The notes under the pieces are model-generated. The model had not been told where the DNA came from. It did no database searches and worked only from the letters and a program-made list of their open reading frames with translations. DNA of 64,000 nt from Hyphomicrobiales bacterium (GTDB lineage Bacteria; Bacteroidota; Bacteroidia; Bacteroidales; JBGRPZ01), in contig JBGRPZ010000007.1 of the NCBI GenBank assembly GCA_041725915.1, positions 1,160 through 65,159 of the forward strand, given 5' to 3'. Of the stretch, positions 62,168-64,000 are shown in pieces. A program made the position numbers and the translations under genes. Each line of letters opens with the position of its first letter. Position 1 is the stretch's first letter.

Positions 62168-63250
62168 TCAATTAGTTTTAAGAGTAGATTTATTTGTTTT
62201 TAAAATAGTTGCTTTTAAATTCAATTGATTATAATTCAAAAGGCCTTCTATCATTATAGGATTCAATTGATACTGATCAAAAATCAATATATTGACACTT
62301 CTATCATTCATATTTGCAGCATTGGCCAATTGCGGAAACCAGTTTGAGAAAGTATTATTCAAGCTATTAGGAGCTTTAACCATTTCTATAATTCCATCAG
62401 GGCCACCTTTAAGTGAGTTTTCAAGAGTCAAGCTATTTGGGCTTTGGATGGTCTGAGAGACATATAGCTTATTCATAGGTCGTAAAGCAATACTATCTTT
62501 CAGGATAGGGACAATTTCTTCAGGTTTATACTTATCAGGCCAATAGTTTAATATAGATTTACTTCTATCATATACATATGTATCATTCTCTTTATTAGCA
62601 GTATGAAAAGAAGAAAGAATAATTACAGATACACCCTTATCCCAGAAGTCTTTTAATGAAGAATTAACGCCTATTTCATCAGACTTAGCAATGTGCCTAC
62701 CAAACTTATCTACAAATGATTTAATCAAATGATTATATGTATCATCATCCATAATAACCTTTTGCAGATCAATAATAAGTATTTCTTTAGGGTGATTTTC
62801 CACAAATCTTGACATCTCTTCTATTACTGGCATAAGAGGGTTCGAGACCAAATGATGAAAAGACCATACTTCGTTATTATATTCCTGAATACGAAAGTCA
62901 AAATATCTAATTCCACCACTTAATTGTTCGGCCATAGTTCTGGATTGATTTTGAGAAAATAAGAATATTCCTTTCTTACCTACAGCTGTTTTCACTTCTT
63001 CAGTCCATTCATTTACAGGCTGTAAAGAATAAGGATTGCTTTCCGAAATCTGATAAGTCAATGCATCATGAGTTCCAGGAATAGCAATTGCAGTTAATTT
63101 AGTATTGGGATGGTTTTTATAAATCTGATCCATCCAATTAGATTTACTTACATCTGCTGTAGATTCTGAATTATGAGAATCTGCATTTTTTCCGCATGAT
63201 CCAAATAGAAAACAGATAGCAAACATGCTTAGCAAGAAATAGCGGTTCAT
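62168..63250 (-). CDS. PI-specific phospholipase C X-domain lipoprotein
   Basis: Lipobox FGSC; IPGTHD, QLSGGIRYFDFR, HPKEILI. Confidence 0.85.
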   Translation of the reverse strand: MNRYFLLSMFAICFLFGSCGKNADSHNSESTADVSKSNWMDQIYKNHPNTKLTAIAIPGTHDALTYQISESNPYSLQPVNEWTEEVKTAVGKKGIFLFSQNQSRTMAEQLSGGIRYFDFRIQEYNNEVWSFHHLVSNPLMPVIEEMSRFVENHPKEILIIDLQKVIMDDDTYNHLIKSFVDKFGRHIAKSDEIGVNSSLKDFWDKGVSVIILSSFHTANKENDTYVYDRSKSILNYWPDKYKPEEIVPILKDSIALRPMNKLYVSQTIQSPNSLTLENSLKGGPDGIIEMVKAPNSLNNTFSNWFPQLANAANMNDRSVNILIFDQYQLNPIMIEGLLNYNQLNLKATILKTNKSTLKTN

Positions 63251-63468
63251 TAGTCTTAGGTTATGTATTTAGTTTCAGAGTTTTATTTCACTTTAAATAA
63301 ACGATATTTCATATATGACAAATACAAGAGCAGCAGTATTTAGAATCGAAATAACTTTTAACCAACAGAAAACAAGGTGATTAAAAGCTTACTTCACAAA
63401 AAAACCGACAAGCATTAAATACTTGTCGGTTAAATCATCATATATGATATTCAGTTTTTAAATCAGTT

Positions 63469-63933
63469 TTATAACAAATCTTCTTCGGGTTCAAAGATGC
63501 GATTAACTTCATTTTGTACCCATCTAATTTGTTTCTGTTTTTTATAATCCTTCCACTTATCATATACTCCTAACCTTTTAATCTCAGAATTAAAATTTGT
63601 AAAAGCATATGTACCTTTTATCAATTCTTCTAATCTATACTTATCATTAGACTCTGGTAGTTCGAAGACAAATTCTTCAATCAATTCAAACAGTCCTTCA
63701 TTCGTCATTGGTTGTATTCGCTCAAAGAGCTCATGGATATCTTCATAGTTTTTTCTTTCATTTCTCATATTTAAGTCTTCATCACAATTTAAAAGCTCTT
63801 CTGAGGGAACTTCAATGATAACTCTATTCAGTTTATGTATGTAATATTCATATCCACCAAAGTGAACATTCTCAGCAAGGGATTTCCATTCTTCTTGAGT
63901 AAAATTCATAGTATAATATGGTTTAGAATTCAA
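63469..63933 (-). CDS. UPF0158-like hypothetical protein
   Basis: FELIEEFV...L...IKG..AF.NF...KWKDYK pattern; start uncertain. Confidence 0.6.
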   Translation of the reverse strand: MNSKPYYTMNFTQEEWKSLAENVHFGGYEYYIHKLNRVIIEVPSEELLNCDEDLNMRNERKNYEDIHELFERIQPMTNEGLFELIEEFVFELPESNDKYRLEELIKGTYAFTNFNSEIKRLGVYDKWKDYKKQKQIRWVQNEVNRIFEPEEDLL

Positions 63934-64000
63934 TAAAGGAGGAGGCTTAATTAGGCCAGCAAAAGAACTTATGCTGTTATCCTTTCAATATATAACGATT

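Noticed and set aside
1-64000. Prophage, IS, integron, tRNA or rRNA
   Set aside because: No integrase, transposase, phage structural gene, cloverleaf or rRNA-like segment recognised by eye.

Overview
AT-rich chromosomal window from a Bacteroidota bacterium, probably an anaerobic Bacteroidales. The assignment rests on gldH, porQ, a T9SS type-B substrate, TAnnTTTG promoters and a Bacteroidetes-type SRP RNA. Housekeeping genes (holB, PSP1/ricT, gldH, PBP1A, rpmB, cinA, E2, recF, ispH, ffs, aat) are interleaved with accessory material. The most notable observations are: (1) Four long intergenic regions each carry a ~150-170 bp array with a 21-23 bp period. Two of them are followed by a homologous ~110 bp block containing a XerC/XerD-like site with a perfect XerD arm and an 8-bp spacer, and one sits near an apparent GC-skew switch at ~12 kb. 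(2) An Rrf2-hcp locus carries a permease-less, apparently cytoplasmic module (substrate-binding fold, HypB/UreG-like GTPase, ABC ATPase, Zn-ribbon protein) and four candidate Rrf2 operators. (3) A stand-alone HD + Hsp90-like ATPase gene is a candidate defence effector. (4) An orphan Cys/Ser/Thr-rich double-glycine RiPP precursor. (5) A palindrome-promoter unit occurs twice with identical spacing; one copy appears to drive a non-coding RNA. (6) Three tandem gene duplications (CPBP, cstA, PI-PLC) and one frameshifted lipoprotein gene. All calls come from reading motifs by eye; no searches or computations were run.
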